Of a stretch of DNA of 64,000 bases, positions 25,201 through 39,059 are shown in pieces (positions within the stretch are counted from its first letter, which is position 1; each line of letters begins with the position of its first letter). The translations under genes were made by a program, and so were the position numbers. Location: positions 127,960 to 191,959 of the forward strand of contig NW_003526947.1 of NCBI RefSeq assembly GCF_000181795.1, written 5' to 3'. Below the pieces are notes generated by a model. The model saw nothing but the letters and a program-made list of their open reading frames with translations, did no database searches and was not told the origin of the DNA. This DNA is from Trichinella spiralis. Taxonomy: Eukaryota.

Positions 25201-27860
25201 CGAACAATTTATTTATAGTTAGCTGTTAAAATGCTGTTCAAGCTGTGACATGATTGCAAACTGAATTTGTAACATTCGATTTGCTAAAGGAAGCTTTCCA
25301 ATGTTTCAAAATTCTGCCAATGTCAAAAAAATCAAATAAAACTGATGAAATACGATGGATCCGTGAAAAAAAGTTACATTACATAAAATTTGCAGCGTAG
25401 TTGTAGTAAAAACGCAAAAATTGATTATATTAACAAAGTTTTCAAAATGCATAGAAATTTCATTTCAAACAACATTTTAATTTAACTTTGTCCTCCATTT
25501 TAAAATAGTCATGTTTAAAGTGAAACTTTTTCTAAATCATCTTCATATATGTGATTATTTGATGTCAGAAAAGAGCACATAATAAAATATTTTTAAATTG
25601 TTGAAAATAATGTTTTTTATTTTAAACAATGAATGTTCTGTAAAAAATAATTTGATAAAAAACCCTATAGAATTAGAATTTTGTTTATATTTTCATTAAA
25701 ATATGATTTGGAAAATAAATATACAAACGGAACTACATATAAGTAAGTATGAGCATTATTGGTTTTGTGACAGTTTTCTGGATAATAATGTCATATAGTG
25801 TGAGGTTGCAATGTTGACTGCATTGAACTTAGAAGTAATCAGAATGTATTTCGTAACTGTGCTTTAAGCATCTTGTATATTTTTTCTGTTAATTTAACGC
25901 TATCGTATAATAATATAAACATAAGGCTGGCAGTATTTGCATCAAATAATAAAAATTTAAAAACATTTTTTTAATTTTCAACAAAAAATTGTACTCATTT
26001 ACTATATTTCAGTGATAAACAACATGGTCCAAAATCAGCTCATCAAATTATATAATTCATTAATTGCTTAGGCACAGCATTCGCATTACTTCACATTAGG
26101 GGGAACAGCGAAAAGTTGCATTTTCTCATATAATTGGCTAGTGCTTTGAAAATTGATTTTGCACAGATTTTTTATTTAGTTCATTTAAACAATTTCTCAA
26201 CAAAAACCTGAAATGAATATATATATATATTCATATACATATACATATTTGCAATAAGTGAACGAAATTTGTGCATGAACACAAAATGCAGTAATTATTT
26301 CAATTGAATATCTTATATATTTGTATGTGAATATTTCAATAAATTCTGATAAAAACTAAATTTCAGCTGCTTCAGAAATGTAATAATTACAATTATAATT
26401 ATAATCATAATCATAATACAGACAGCCAAAGCTAAAGTGTTGAATACTGCTCTTTAAATATTCTCTCATTTAAAACGGAATTTTTTTGAATCTTTGAAAG
26501 TAGATTAAGCACATTAATAGTAAAATTGAAAATAAAACTAACATTATAAAGCATTATTTATGCGTAAAAGTTGCAATATTTATCATATTTTTTTAAATTA
26601 CGCAATACGAATCAATCAACTTGCAAAAAGTCAAAGGTTGAAAATAGCTTAATCATAAAAACTAATGAATTGACTGAATAATTAAATCTTGCTAATAACA
26701 AATAAAGATTTTTGTCTATTAATAAATAAAACTATTTTATTAATAAACGAAAATCAAGCTACTGTTACATTCAGTCTAAACACTGCAAATAAAAAAATTA
26801 GCCTGACGAGCGAGTAGCATTTCAAAAAGTTTTTGTTGCATTCATCAGCAACTGAAGATGGCAATTTTTGATTCACAAAACGAAGCCGGAAGTAAGAGTG
26901 ATTTGAATTTGATAAATAAAATTTGACCTTACAGCTTTCCATGCATGCAGTACGCTACTAATTAAAAATGAAGAAGTTTGCAAATTTTGCTTACTAATCC
27001 AGTTTTCACTTATAAGCAATAATAAATTCATTTCTGTAAAATCAATAATTTTTACAATAAACCAAAAAAGCTTACATTTAAACTGACATAAATTCAAATG
27101 CTTTTTCACATAGTAATAACATGTTTGTTTGTTTTAAAATTTAGATTAAAAGTATTATTAACTTACTAGTTAATTTCAAATATTTGAAATTATATTATGC
27201 ATAATGCAGAAAATAATGATGTTAAAAAATTTGTTTAAAAGTGAAATTACTTCGAATGTGTAAAAATGCCATTATTGCTTTGCTGTTAAGAATAAAAATG
27301 AATTTAAAATTTAAGTGTTGAAATATATGCCAACAGTTTTAACGTAAGCATAAATCGATTCCCTTTGCAGATAGATGACTTTCATTTATTACTTCTATTA
27401 GTACTGCCTGTTTATCCTGAATAATCAATGCGTATCAAATTATGCAGAACAAAATTATAAATTGGTATATGAAAAAGTTTAAATTAATAAGAAACATGCA
27501 ATAGTTTATCTGAATATTCAAGTTGGCATATGGTTGCTTCAACATCAGTTCAAAAATAGTTAGTTGATGATGAAAGTCAAGATGAACTGTTGCGACACAA
27601 GCAAAGTTTAGTGCAAGAATTGATTTTTCCTTCTGAACATGAGATTAATTGTCTCAATGACTTTGTCAATTTTCAGATTGAAATTGACTTGAGAGATGAA
27701 TTGAAAAGAGCCTGCTGATAGAACTAGTCCTTGTTATATAATGCAGAAAGCGTCGATGAAAGCAAACATCTAACTCTAGCTGCGCTCCCACACAGCACGA
27801 ACCTCAGCAACGCTTGTTTTGCCATTCAATTTTTCATTCAGTTTTACATAAAATCCGACG

Positions 27861-28424
27861 ATGGGAAATAAGAAATCGACTAGAGGACAATATTCAAATT
27901 CAAGCTGGAAAGAAACTGTTTTAAAAGTGAACGTGTCGCGTTTAGCGAATCCGAGAACAAAAATGCTTTTACAACTCATGTGGCCACAAGATTTTGCCGA
28001 TTTATCTACATTTTCCATTATTATTTGTGAAGAAATTATTCGAATCGATCCGTTCTGGACAAAAATGTTTATCAGCTCAAAAGATCCATGCATAACTATT
28101 AAAGGAGAAAAGACGGCAACGTTCCGCAAACAAGCGCTTCTTCTTGTAGATATTATACAGACGGCCGTGAAACATGCCGAAGATCTGAGCCAAATTGAAG
28201 ATTTGCTCATCAAGCTTGGTCGGCGGCACGTAGAATATTGCAGTGCAAATACACATACCAGCCATCTTGACGCTATTACAATTGCACTGCTGAATGTTAT
28301 GCATGTACGTATGGAATCGCATCATTTAGATTTGAATGACCAGTTTCAAGTAATGGCTGCCTGGAAAACTATCGGAGATTTTATCTGCTCACGAATAGCT
28401 TGTGGAATGGAAGTTTTGTCATAA
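27861..28424 (+). CDS. Globin-domain protein (single coding exon)
   Basis: Globin E/F-helix pattern FRKQALLLVDIIQTAV...LLIKLGRRHVEY (proximal His F8), and H-helix AAWKTIGDFI...IACGM. An in-frame TAA just upstream fixes the ATG. A splice acceptor (ttttcattcag) ends at 27841. Confidence 0.8.
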   Translation: MGNKKSTRGQYSNSSWKETVLKVNVSRLANPRTKMLLQLMWPQDFADLSTFSIIICEEIIRIDPFWTKMFISSKDPCITIKGEKTATFRKQALLLVDIIQTAVKHAEDLSQIEDLLIKLGRRHVEYCSANTHTSHLDAITIALLNVMHVRMESHHLDLNDQFQVMAAWKTIGDFICSRIACGMEVLS

Positions 28425-31400
28425 ATTCTGTATTCTGTTTTACAAGTTGCCTGTCCACCGGCTTTCATGTTTTGCTGTTTGGACATTCAAAGCGCTTACA
28501 ACATTTATATGTATGTGCAATTTTGTTTTCTATATTTTGCTTTCTTTTTGAAGAAATTAATGTTCATCTAATCAATAAGTACAAAATAAACTTTCTCATA
28601 TGAACAGACAGTTAGCTTGGAATTTTTTTCGGCTAATCCTTTAGCAAATTTGTAATCGTTGCATTCAGAATCAAAATCAAAATCAAAATCAAATTAATGC
28701 TAATGTTTCAAACAGATAAACTATTATTTTGAAAAGTTTATTTGTAGAGATTTGTCGCTTTTAAGGATTAAATTAGAACCTGCTGCCCGTGATTGCCACT
28801 GATTTACGACAGCATTTTCAATTTTGATTTTAAATAAACTTTATTAAAAATGATTTTATTGATTTTTTTGCATAAAATAAAGTAAATGAAATTTGAATAA
28901 GTATAAATCATCATGTATTATTCAATTTTTATATATCGAGTTTCGCTATTTATCAACATTAACAATAAAAAATAATTATTCAAAATGTAATATGTGTTGA
29001 AATGCTTTATCGTTTTCTTCTATAACATTTTTTTGAGATTTGTTGAGTTTTTATAATTAAAAATTTTTTTGTACAAACAGCATAACTGTGTTGATTGAAG
29101 ATTATTATGCATAATATTAAGAAATGTTTCATATTAAAAAAAACAAAAGTAGAAACACAAATTAGACCTATTTTTATTCAGTCTAGTATGGATTTAGCTA
29201 TCGCAATTTATGTTAATAAGTAAAATGAGCGCATTAAAATATTTCCAATTTACTCTGACTTATTAGAATAGCATATGAACTTTACAAAAATTTAATTAAA
29301 AATTCCCAATAAATAAATATTAAAAAGGAAAAAATATTTTTTAAGCATCAGTGCACTAGCATTATTAAAAATTGAAAAATATTCATGGAAATTGTAATGT
29401 TAATATTAAAAAAAATTTTCAGCAGTAAACCAAATGATTTCATTAGTTTGACAAAATACTCGTCATAAATTGAATTGTCAGAGAGAACGCGATGTTTTGA
29501 TAATAATATTTCTAAATAAAGCAACACTGAAATTTACTCGCATAATTTTTCGTATGCATAAATTTTAAAATTAAATTCATTTTTTTATAATTGAATTTAC
29601 TTTTGAAATGGCAATATTTATGTTTCATAATTCTTTTTATAAACTGCATCACTGCATCCAACGATTGAAAGAGTTGGAACTAAAAATCATGCGATTTTAT
29701 TATCAGTGTGCATATTTATGTTTTTGCCTCATTTTGTAAAATTGAGTAGAGCAGAGAAGAACAATGTCATCATTTAGATTTTAGCAATTTTAATAAATAA
29801 TGTTTTAATTTAAATGTTAAGCACAACATCTAATAAGTCGACACTGCAGATTTGTCCGATGCTATGCTCAGTAAAATATTTTCTGCAATAAATTATCATC
29901 AAAATTTTACAGCAAGCTCGTGTTTAACGCGTTACATGAACAAGTATAGATGGGATTTTTAAATGACTTTTAAACGCTTCATTGATTTTCACGAATATTT
30001 CTGCTGCTATAGTGACAAAAGATGCATTTACAACAAATTAAATAAGAAATTGGACCAGAAGTTGGTGAAAAAGTTCGACAAAAAGTGAACACTAAAACTA
30101 GAAAAAAGTAAAATCTTAAAAATTTTAAATAAATCAGATATGAAAGAAATTTTTTGCACTCTCTTGTTTACGTATTAAGAATTTTGAAAAGACTGACGTT
30201 TCAAAAGTTTCAAAATTTTATAACTTTGCAAAGCAGTCTCTTGTATAGCAAAATTTTATTTGCACAGCCTTTTGCTTCTAATCAATTTAAACCTTCATTT
30301 TAAAATCAAAATTTTAACCAAGTTGAATTTATACAAAACTGCAACGGGTTATACGGTCTGCAGTTGTGAATTTGAAAATATGATTTTTAGCAGCATTTTT
30401 TGGGCTATGATTATAGCAAATAGTAGACAATTTGTTCTGATCGAAGCTCAAAAAATTTAAATCAAATCTATGCAATACAATTGAACTTGATTAAAAAGTA
30501 AAAGATTGCTAACGATGAAAAAGCACACCGACTGACTGCTTCAATGCATTGTGAAGCATGCGAAAAGCTGCAAAATTATCGTTTTGAAAACAACAAAGTT
30601 TAACGTCGTTTTTGCACACAGCAGAATTTATCTGCATTTACATTAAAAGCAGAAAAATCATAAAACAAAAAAGAAAACTGAATTGTTTTTAATTTTAGTT
30701 TGCTGTATTGCATACTGTTTGATTAATTAATAAAAATCAGCACCCTTTTATAAATAAATAATTTAACTGAAATGGAACCACATGGACTATATTACAACTT
30801 CTGCCAAGCTAAAATGTAAAAGTAAAGTTGATTTGTTTTTTTTAAGATTTTAATTAGTTAATTACCAATTTTAATAATAAAGAACAATTCTATTCCAGTC
30901 AATTTGAACCTGCGAATATTTTTTGTTTTACAAGTTATTATTGAGTTGACAGTGCGGTTATCATAAAATCGTTTAAGACCATAATATTTTATAAATTATT
31001 ATATGCACTAATACTTATAATTTCGGCTTAAACAACTAATTAAATGCTCATACTAAATTATAGTAGATTATTGTAATTTCTTGATAAAATCTGTTTTATT
31101 AAGCATTAATTGTTCACGGTGCTTTCAAATCATACTATAACATTTAAATACAGTAACAGAAAATTGTGTATATGTTCAAGATAAAATGTAGAAAATGTGT
31201 TTTGAAATACTCCTGTTTTCTTGCTTTAGACTACTTTAGCTTTTGAAAGAACAAGAAATGTTCCTGGTTTCGTGACTGCGTAAAATGTTCAGCCTGAGAT
31301 ACTGGAAACTGTTGATAAAAAATTTATAACTCCGTAATCGTCACAGATAAGTCGTCAAGGGGATATTCAAAATTGAATGCCATCATATGAGACGGAAACA

Positions 31401-33977
31401 GAAGACAATGTTTTTGTTATGACAGTGCGGTCTCTTCATTAGTAACTATCTATAAAAATGGCTTACACAATTTTTTAGCAAATGCATCACCAACCAAAAA
31501 TTATAAAATTATCAATGCTTTAATATCATTTATTATTGTAGAATTTGTTTTATCAAAGATTCCATCTTGAAATAGTTGTATATATAGCTGCTTTTGAATT
31601 ACATGTTCGCTAAATGAGCAATAAGTCTTTAAAAATGCAGCATATGTAATGCCAATTGTCAATGTTAAATTTGGTAATAAATATTCTCTCCATCTGTTCT
31701 TCATCTGATTCACTGCAACTGTTATTGTTAACTTCAACTGAGCAGTATATTATACTCAATCAACAAATAGCAACAACGGCTACGTATAATTACATTAAAA
31801 GTGTTCAAAATTTAGCATGCACAGTTTTATTATAAACATCTTTAGATAGAGAAATATTCAAACTTTAAATGGAAATACATATAAAATGCAGAAAAACAGT
31901 TAAATATCTAATTTCACATGATATAAAATTTGTGAATTTTGAAACTAACTTTTATATTAATATTTATCTTTTGAATAACTGCACGAAGATGAAACTTGCT
32001 TAAAACAGTGCACTAAGGCGCAGAAAGTAAACCATGGTTAATATGGTACGTGAAATTAAAAATTCAGCCATCCATTGTTTATAGAACTATCATTGCACCT
32101 TAATATTGACACAATTATCTTAATAATAAAATAATAAAAACCGTCAATTTAAATAAATTAGTGTTCTGCTTATCTTGAATAAAAGTTTCTATAGCTTTTG
32201 TTTGCTACGCTTATAATTTAAAGTTTTCATTTTTGAATGCGACACCATGAAATACCCTTTTGCATCATTTTGTAAGCAAATAATAATATAAAATCAATAA
32301 AAATTGAGAAATCTCTAACTTGACAAATTTTACTGCTTTCAGTTTTTGAGTTCAACGTTATTCAGTGTGATATGAAATTATCGAATAATTTAAATAGTAG
32401 AAATATAAAACTGCAAAAAGCGTATCCTTTCGTATTGTAGAAAACAATTTTGCCTCTTAGTTAATCTGTTTATTTAAATGTAGTTGTGAAATGATGTGAG
32501 TATGAAAATTGTCAATTTTGCTATATGATTTGCACTGCCAATTATATAAAAGAAAACTTGGAAAAATCACTAAATAATGCATGCATTTAAACAGAATATT
32601 ATTAAAATATATTTATCTTGTATTTTTTTATTGTTAATATTTAGTTATCAACATATTTAATTGATATACACTAGATTATTAGTAATATAAGTAAATTACC
32701 TCTCACTACGCAAATGAAGCACTGCCATTGCGCAAGAAATAGATGAAGCAATAAGACGACTTACATTAAAAGATTTTGAAGTTATTGTTCAAATGCTATT
32801 TTTGCTGCTGCTATTATTTTCAGTATCATATTATATTATGGGTATAATATATTTGCAAAACATTACTTTTGAAATTATGAATTAATGATTTCACGAAAAC
32901 TTTGTTTAAATACCTCCATAAAACTAAACGCAATGTTGCTAAAACAACAACCATTTCTTCCAGTTTTCTGAAAATCCGAATCATATTTGAATTGAAAAAC
33001 AATGCTTATTTTTATTAATATGATTTTTCAAAGCTTACTGGCTTACATTTATATTCATTTATATTATTTACATCAAAATTGCATTAAACACGTGCAGAAT
33101 AATCTTGCTAAGTGATGTTTATTCAACTGATTTTTTATCATAAAAAGAATAACTGCATTCAGTAATTAATTGAAAAAATAAATAGTAATAATAAAGGAAA
33201 TGGTTTATTTGAATTGTTTTTTGTTGAAAAATTGATTGACGAGAAAAACTGTAAAGGATTTATTTGAAAAGTTTTCCTCAATGACACTACCCGTAATCGT
33301 AGGCGGTTTTGGTCGTTCATTTCTTAAATGTTTATTGCAGCATATACTGTGATGCATAAAAATTTAAATGGTGAGCTATTTTCTTGCCACAACTGCAAGT
33401 TGTCTAGGGGCAATATAGCAATAATGTTAGGGACAGTTGCTTAAAGATTGGTTGGCTTCATTAAATCAGTTTCGCTTGAGAGCTTGCAAACAAGTAAATG
33501 CTGTTTTTATAACTTTGCACGTTTACCTGCGCCAGAGTTAATTCCATTCTGTCTTGATAAGTTGCTTTTTGATGTGCTTTCAAAGATGAACTTTTAAAGT
33601 CACACAGATACTGAACACGTGCTATAAACTAGCTCCGCTTTGCTTTTTGCTTTTCCTTGTGCATCTTTGCCATTGTTGCGACTTTGCAAAAGCAAACTTC
33701 ATTTTACGTCAAGCAAGTGACGCGCATAAATTCTAGAGATGACGCCCGTAAATACCTAGTCAGAGTATTGACTTTCGGAATTAAAGTTGTTGGTGCCATT
33801 CGTCAACTGGTTCTTTGCTTAAAAATTTGGAGTGAGTCGTTAACACATCGTCGATTTTAAAGGAATTAAAGTTTTGCTCAGTCTCTACGCATCCGCGCTC
33901 ATTTAACTAGACGAAATCTACAAAACGTCGCTTTTAGCCACAATCACTTCCCTCTTTTGGCCGCAATTTATTTTACA

Positions 33978-36761
33978 ATGGATTCGACAAATTCTATAGA
34001 ATTGAAACCATGTAAGTTTAACCTTTCCTTTCAATATATAATTTATCTTTGAAATTGCACATTGAAGATATAGTATTTTTTACAAATTCAAATTACATGT
34101 GCTTTAGTGATAATTTAAGTGACAAATTCAGATTTTGATTCATACTTCAGTAAAAATAATGAAATGTATGCTTAAAATTTAGACGACAGTGAACAACAGC
34201 TTTACATGGCTGCTTGTATTATTCAAAATGCATATCGTCATTACAGACAGCGTATGAAATTTAAACAACTGTTGGAAAAAAAACAATACCACGCTGCAGC
34301 GCTTATACAATCCTATTATCGTCGGTATAAACAGGTATTTATTTTGTTTAAATATTGAAGAAACTATATTAGTGAAATATATAAAATATATAACCAATTT
34401 TTATAAATCAATTAAATATCAAATGCTATTTTAGTAAGCACAGGATTTTACGCCATATTCGTGTCATTTTTCAACATGACACTAAGCTAATATTGGCGTA
34501 CACCAAAATAATGTTTGTTGCTTTTTTGTAAAAAAAACTGTTGATCGTAATAAATTTTTAGCTGTAGACAGCTGTGTACTGCTCAAAATCAATGAGCTTG
34601 TATATGTATTTTTCTGGAGCAAGAAGAAATAATTGAATTGGCTAAAATTTGTCTAAATTTGAACTTCGCTCTACTGTTTCCCGTAATTTAGCAAAAAATA
34701 CAAATTAGCGGTTGGCTACACTATTGCAGGGGTACCATGACTAATAAGCATGCAATCTATAAACTGATGGAAAGAGAATATTTTACTTAAATACAGTAAA
34801 AATAGTTATTCAATTTGAATGAATAAAATTCTTTTGATGTAGTTAGGAACAGTTTGCATGATTTACTTCATGCATAAATCTGTTATTGTTTTTGCATTTC
34901 AATTTCTCATGCTTAACTTTCCAATACACCCTTCATTGCTTTTACTTTATCCATTAAGTCAAAGCTAATACTATTTTTTCTTTCATTTCCAAGCTATATT
35001 GTAACTTTGCTTTAGATTGCAATTATTGAAATTTTAAGATTTTTTCTCTATTTTCAAACTTTAATATATTGTTTTGAAAACTAAAAATTGATTTCTTCAT
35101 AATTATAGATAACATTTGTCAGCACCTGATGGATTAATTTCAATAATTCAGATGCGTCAAATTCTTTAGTTTCCTTACAGAAAAGCTCATTTTAATCTTT
35201 AATAAAGCAGTGCTAGTGTTCAATACGCATACGCATATGAAAAATGCAAAAGCTTTTACTAAGTAATTAAAGATGTATGTACACAGAGGAAGTTTCATAC
35301 TATAGAAAAATAGGGAAAAAGTGTTTTCTTTTTAAACAACACAATTGCTGCATAACTTTTACATTAAAAATAAAGTATTTTTGCAAATGTTAACTTTAAA
35401 AGCATAATATTCAGTATACCTTTTGATAATTAACAGAATAATATTTTTTGATTGCATCATGATTTACTGTTGATAAAGCTGGGGTACTGCGAACCGATTA
35501 AAATGAACTTGCCATTTAATAAAACAGTCAAGATGGGCACAATTTTTTCTTTTAAATTTCATCGTTACAGAAATTTTACATTTTATGTTTTAAATTTTGC
35601 ATGTCGTTTTGCTTATACTTCCAATTTTAGCACTGTTATTTTAAACGAATTCAACGAGCGGCAATTTTGATACAAAAGCAGTTTCGAAAATATCGATCTG
35701 TCAGAGGTAAAATAACAGAAGACCAGTGCGATATTAGAAAACATTCTTACGGCACGATGAACACTCTGCTTCAACTGCATTCTTTCATTATTTCTACAAA
35801 ACGTTGCGCAGCTTATTCAAAAAATTGTATAACTGCAAATGACGTGCTATTTTGGAAGCAAACGTTAGCTGCTATGCGCATTCAGAATGCATTTAGGTAT
35901 GTCAAGTTTAACTATTCATTTGAACAAAAACATGACTATTTTCAGAATTCATTTAAAAAGACACTCAGCAGCACGTATTATTCAAAAATTTATGCGAAAT
36001 TCTAAAAACAAGTAGGTGGACTTTTTAAAAAATTACTACTGTTTTAATTAATCACAGTTTTACTTTATAACATCATTTCTTCAATTCTAAAAATTTATTC
36101 TGGCAATTTTTTTAATAATTTTATACATAAAAATTATAATATTTGAGGTTACATTGGTTGCGGTACAAAAGACTGGAAAAACCCTGAAGTTTTTTTTAGC
36201 ATTGAAAAGCCATCCTGAACTGTTTTTACTGCTGCGTAATGTGATTGCAATTCCCTTGGGTATAATTGGCTCAAATTGAATCAAATAACTTGACAATTTT
36301 TAAGCATTCTGTAATGTAACGCTTGATATGACATATGCTGTGAACAAATAAAAATATTCTGCCGCTTGAGCAAAGCAAAATATTCTTAGCAGAAATGACA
36401 ACTTTAAATTAATATCAGTTTAAATGAATCATTTATAAATATCACGTCATTAGTTTCAAATGCTGAAATTGTTTTTTTAATTATTTGCATAGATCATCAA
36501 GTTATCTTTAGTTTGAAATGCAAAATTCAAAAAGCATTGATGGCAAAATAGCTGTCGAAAGTAAACAAATAAATTCAGTCAACTAACCGCACATAAATGC
36601 TGGAACGTTTCTGGACATATTGCTGAGTTTTATTAGTTTAAGAGCAAATTTTTTTGATTCTATTCATTTAATCAGCAATTAAAGAGCACTTATTTATTTT
36701 GCTTGCAATTTGCAGTGAGTTATTAAGATGCAAAATGATGCCTCGGAGGTCGATGCTTTGA
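33978..36761 (+). CDS. CAMTA-like IQ-motif (calmodulin-binding) protein. Exons 33978-34011, 34183-34334, 35631-35896, 35946-36011; tentative last exon 36716-36761
   Basis: The spliced frame gives five IQ-like repeats: IIQNAYRHYR, LIQSYYRRYKQ, LIQKQFRKYR, RIQNAFR, IIQKFMR. EQQLYMAA and AARIIQKFMR resemble the CAMTA C-terminus. GT-AG junctions are phase-consistent. The first and last exons are uncertain. Confidence 0.75.
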
Positions 36762-37581
36762 ACATTACCAATTATTTCAAAGATGAATCTGACGAAAATT
36801 CGAAGAAAGTAAAATTAATATCAAAAAACTGTCCAAACAATGAAAAAATGAATATATCGAATAGAACAAATGAAAATTTTGATAATTTATAATAGCAAAA
36901 ACCACTTGCCATAAATGAACTGAACAATTTACATTTCCTTAAATTCAGAATAAGATAGTTAGTTGGTAAAGTTCAGTAATAACTTATTTTTATAAAAACG
37001 GTAAGAAAACATGAACATAGTAGCAGTAGCAAATACAGACGTTGATTAATTTCACTTTTGCGCAGCTTGCAGTTTTTTATCCGTGGCAATGGATTATCAT
37101 GTTATTGTACGTTTAGGATGAAAACATACAAATGCAAATTTTCATGATAGAACAAATAATGGACACGATTGACGGCAAATAATGCATCAAGTTTATGCTT
37201 TCAAAAATTTTCATTCAAGATATTCAGACTTACGCAGAAAATAAAGCTTTGAAGTTTTCTTTCAAGATTGCATTAAAAAAGACAAATTTTATCATTTCAA
37301 ATTAATATATTATTAAATTAAACTGTCATTATTTATATAATTATTAATAAATTTTATTATTTTTTATTTTAAACAACAGTGTTTCATTTAGTTGAATTTT
37401 TATACGTAAAAAGTAAACGCAGTATATTTAAAAAATTCAAATTTGATTTGCAATTATCTGAATCTGCCTTCAATATTCAAGAATATGAATGCAATGTATT
37501 TTATTCAAAATATCCACTACTGTATATTATGATATGCAATAATGCATCATCAGTTCTATTTTCCTGCTTATTACTACTTTT

Positions 37582-38338
37582 TTAAGTAGAAACTTTCTGC
37601 AGCTCATCAAGTTGCATCTGATTGCATAGATCTTCATTGCGACAGGCACAGTAAGTACTATCGATATTGCTCCATTTGCCATGCTCACAAATCACATTTC
37701 CTTCCACTCTCCCAAATATGGCCAAAACAAATGAATTGTTAACACAGCGACGTCGAATCATTAGTGGATCTTAAATATTAAATATTAATTTAAAATGAAA
37801 CTTTATTTTGATTAACATTTCATTTCAAATGAAAAGTTATTAGTGAAGCACTAAAATTAACAAACTTCAAAATGTCAAACTTAAATTTTTCTATATATTT
37901 AGAAAAAAAAATTTCTTTTAATAATTTGAATAAAACTTTTAGAAAATTTAAAATTAAAAAATTAAATTAGTTTCTATAACTTTCCATTTGGTTGCAGGAA
38001 TTGGATGCAATTTCAGCAAAAGCAATCCAAGATAACTGCATAAAAAATTTTCAAAATATCATTTAAATTTATTCAACATTAATTAAAAATAATTTATTAA
38101 TAACAGGAAGAAAAAAATAATAACCGACAGATGTTGATTCAACAAGCAAACACCAGTCACATCGGCTGAGAATACCACTCTTGGCAGAATTTTTGTTCGA
38201 ATCTAAGTCGCTTTCAACGCAAGAAATGAAACTTTGACCCAAATCTTTTGCGATCAAATTTTCCTGTCTTTCATCCAAAGAAAACGGCACTGCCACGCAG
38301 AACAAAGCAAAATAACAGAAAAAGCCGAATCGCTTCAT
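37582..38338 (-). CDS. Secreted cysteine-rich Ly6/uPAR (three-finger)-like protein, 150 aa. Exons 38338-38129, 38035-37981, 37769-37582
   Basis: Signal peptide MKRFGFFCYFALFCVAVPFS. Cys pattern ISC...CDWC...IRRRC...ICEHG...YCACRNEDLCN ends in an LU-domain-like C..CN motif. The three exons join in frame (453 nt). Confidence 0.65.
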
Positions 38339-39059
38339 CGTTGCCCTTCTGTTCCTCTTCAAGTTGCAAAATGTTTAAGCTGCTCAAAAAGTTCCCTTTA
38401 AATAAGCGATAAAATTTTTCCTGACAAGTGAAATAAGATTGAAAATAGAAAATGCGCAGATGTTCGAATTCTATCAAACATATTTAGAACTGCAATGCTT
38501 CAAAGTCAACTCATTCTGTTGTTCAATTTGATAAACTTGAAAGTCTGTTTCAACAACTGGAAAGAAAATACTCAAAAAAGAATTCACTTATTTCATCAAC
38601 AATAACCAAATAAAATGAATAGAAAAAACATTTTCTTGTTTTTAAATATGAATAATTATAATTTTCACTATACTGTTGGTTTTCTTTTGCAAAATATAAA
38701 CAGCAAATTTTGCATTTTATTTTCTATTATCTTTTTTTATAATAATATTTGAGTTAAATTTAATAGTTCATCAGAATGTTTTGTATACATTATAAACACT
38801 ATATGGATAAGGATTTTTATTTTTTTGATCTAACATAAAAAGTGATATTACTCTGATTGTAGAAGATAGACAAAGTCTAGATAGACCCAAGCAAAAAACA
38901 ATACATTGAATGGATGGAAGTTAAGCAGATATGAAATACAGACATTTGAAATGAAGATATTCATCTTCACAAAATTTCAAAGCATATGACTTAAATTATA
39001 ATAAAATGCAATCAATTTATTATTAAACATTTAACATTGAGACGTTATTTATATGTGCT

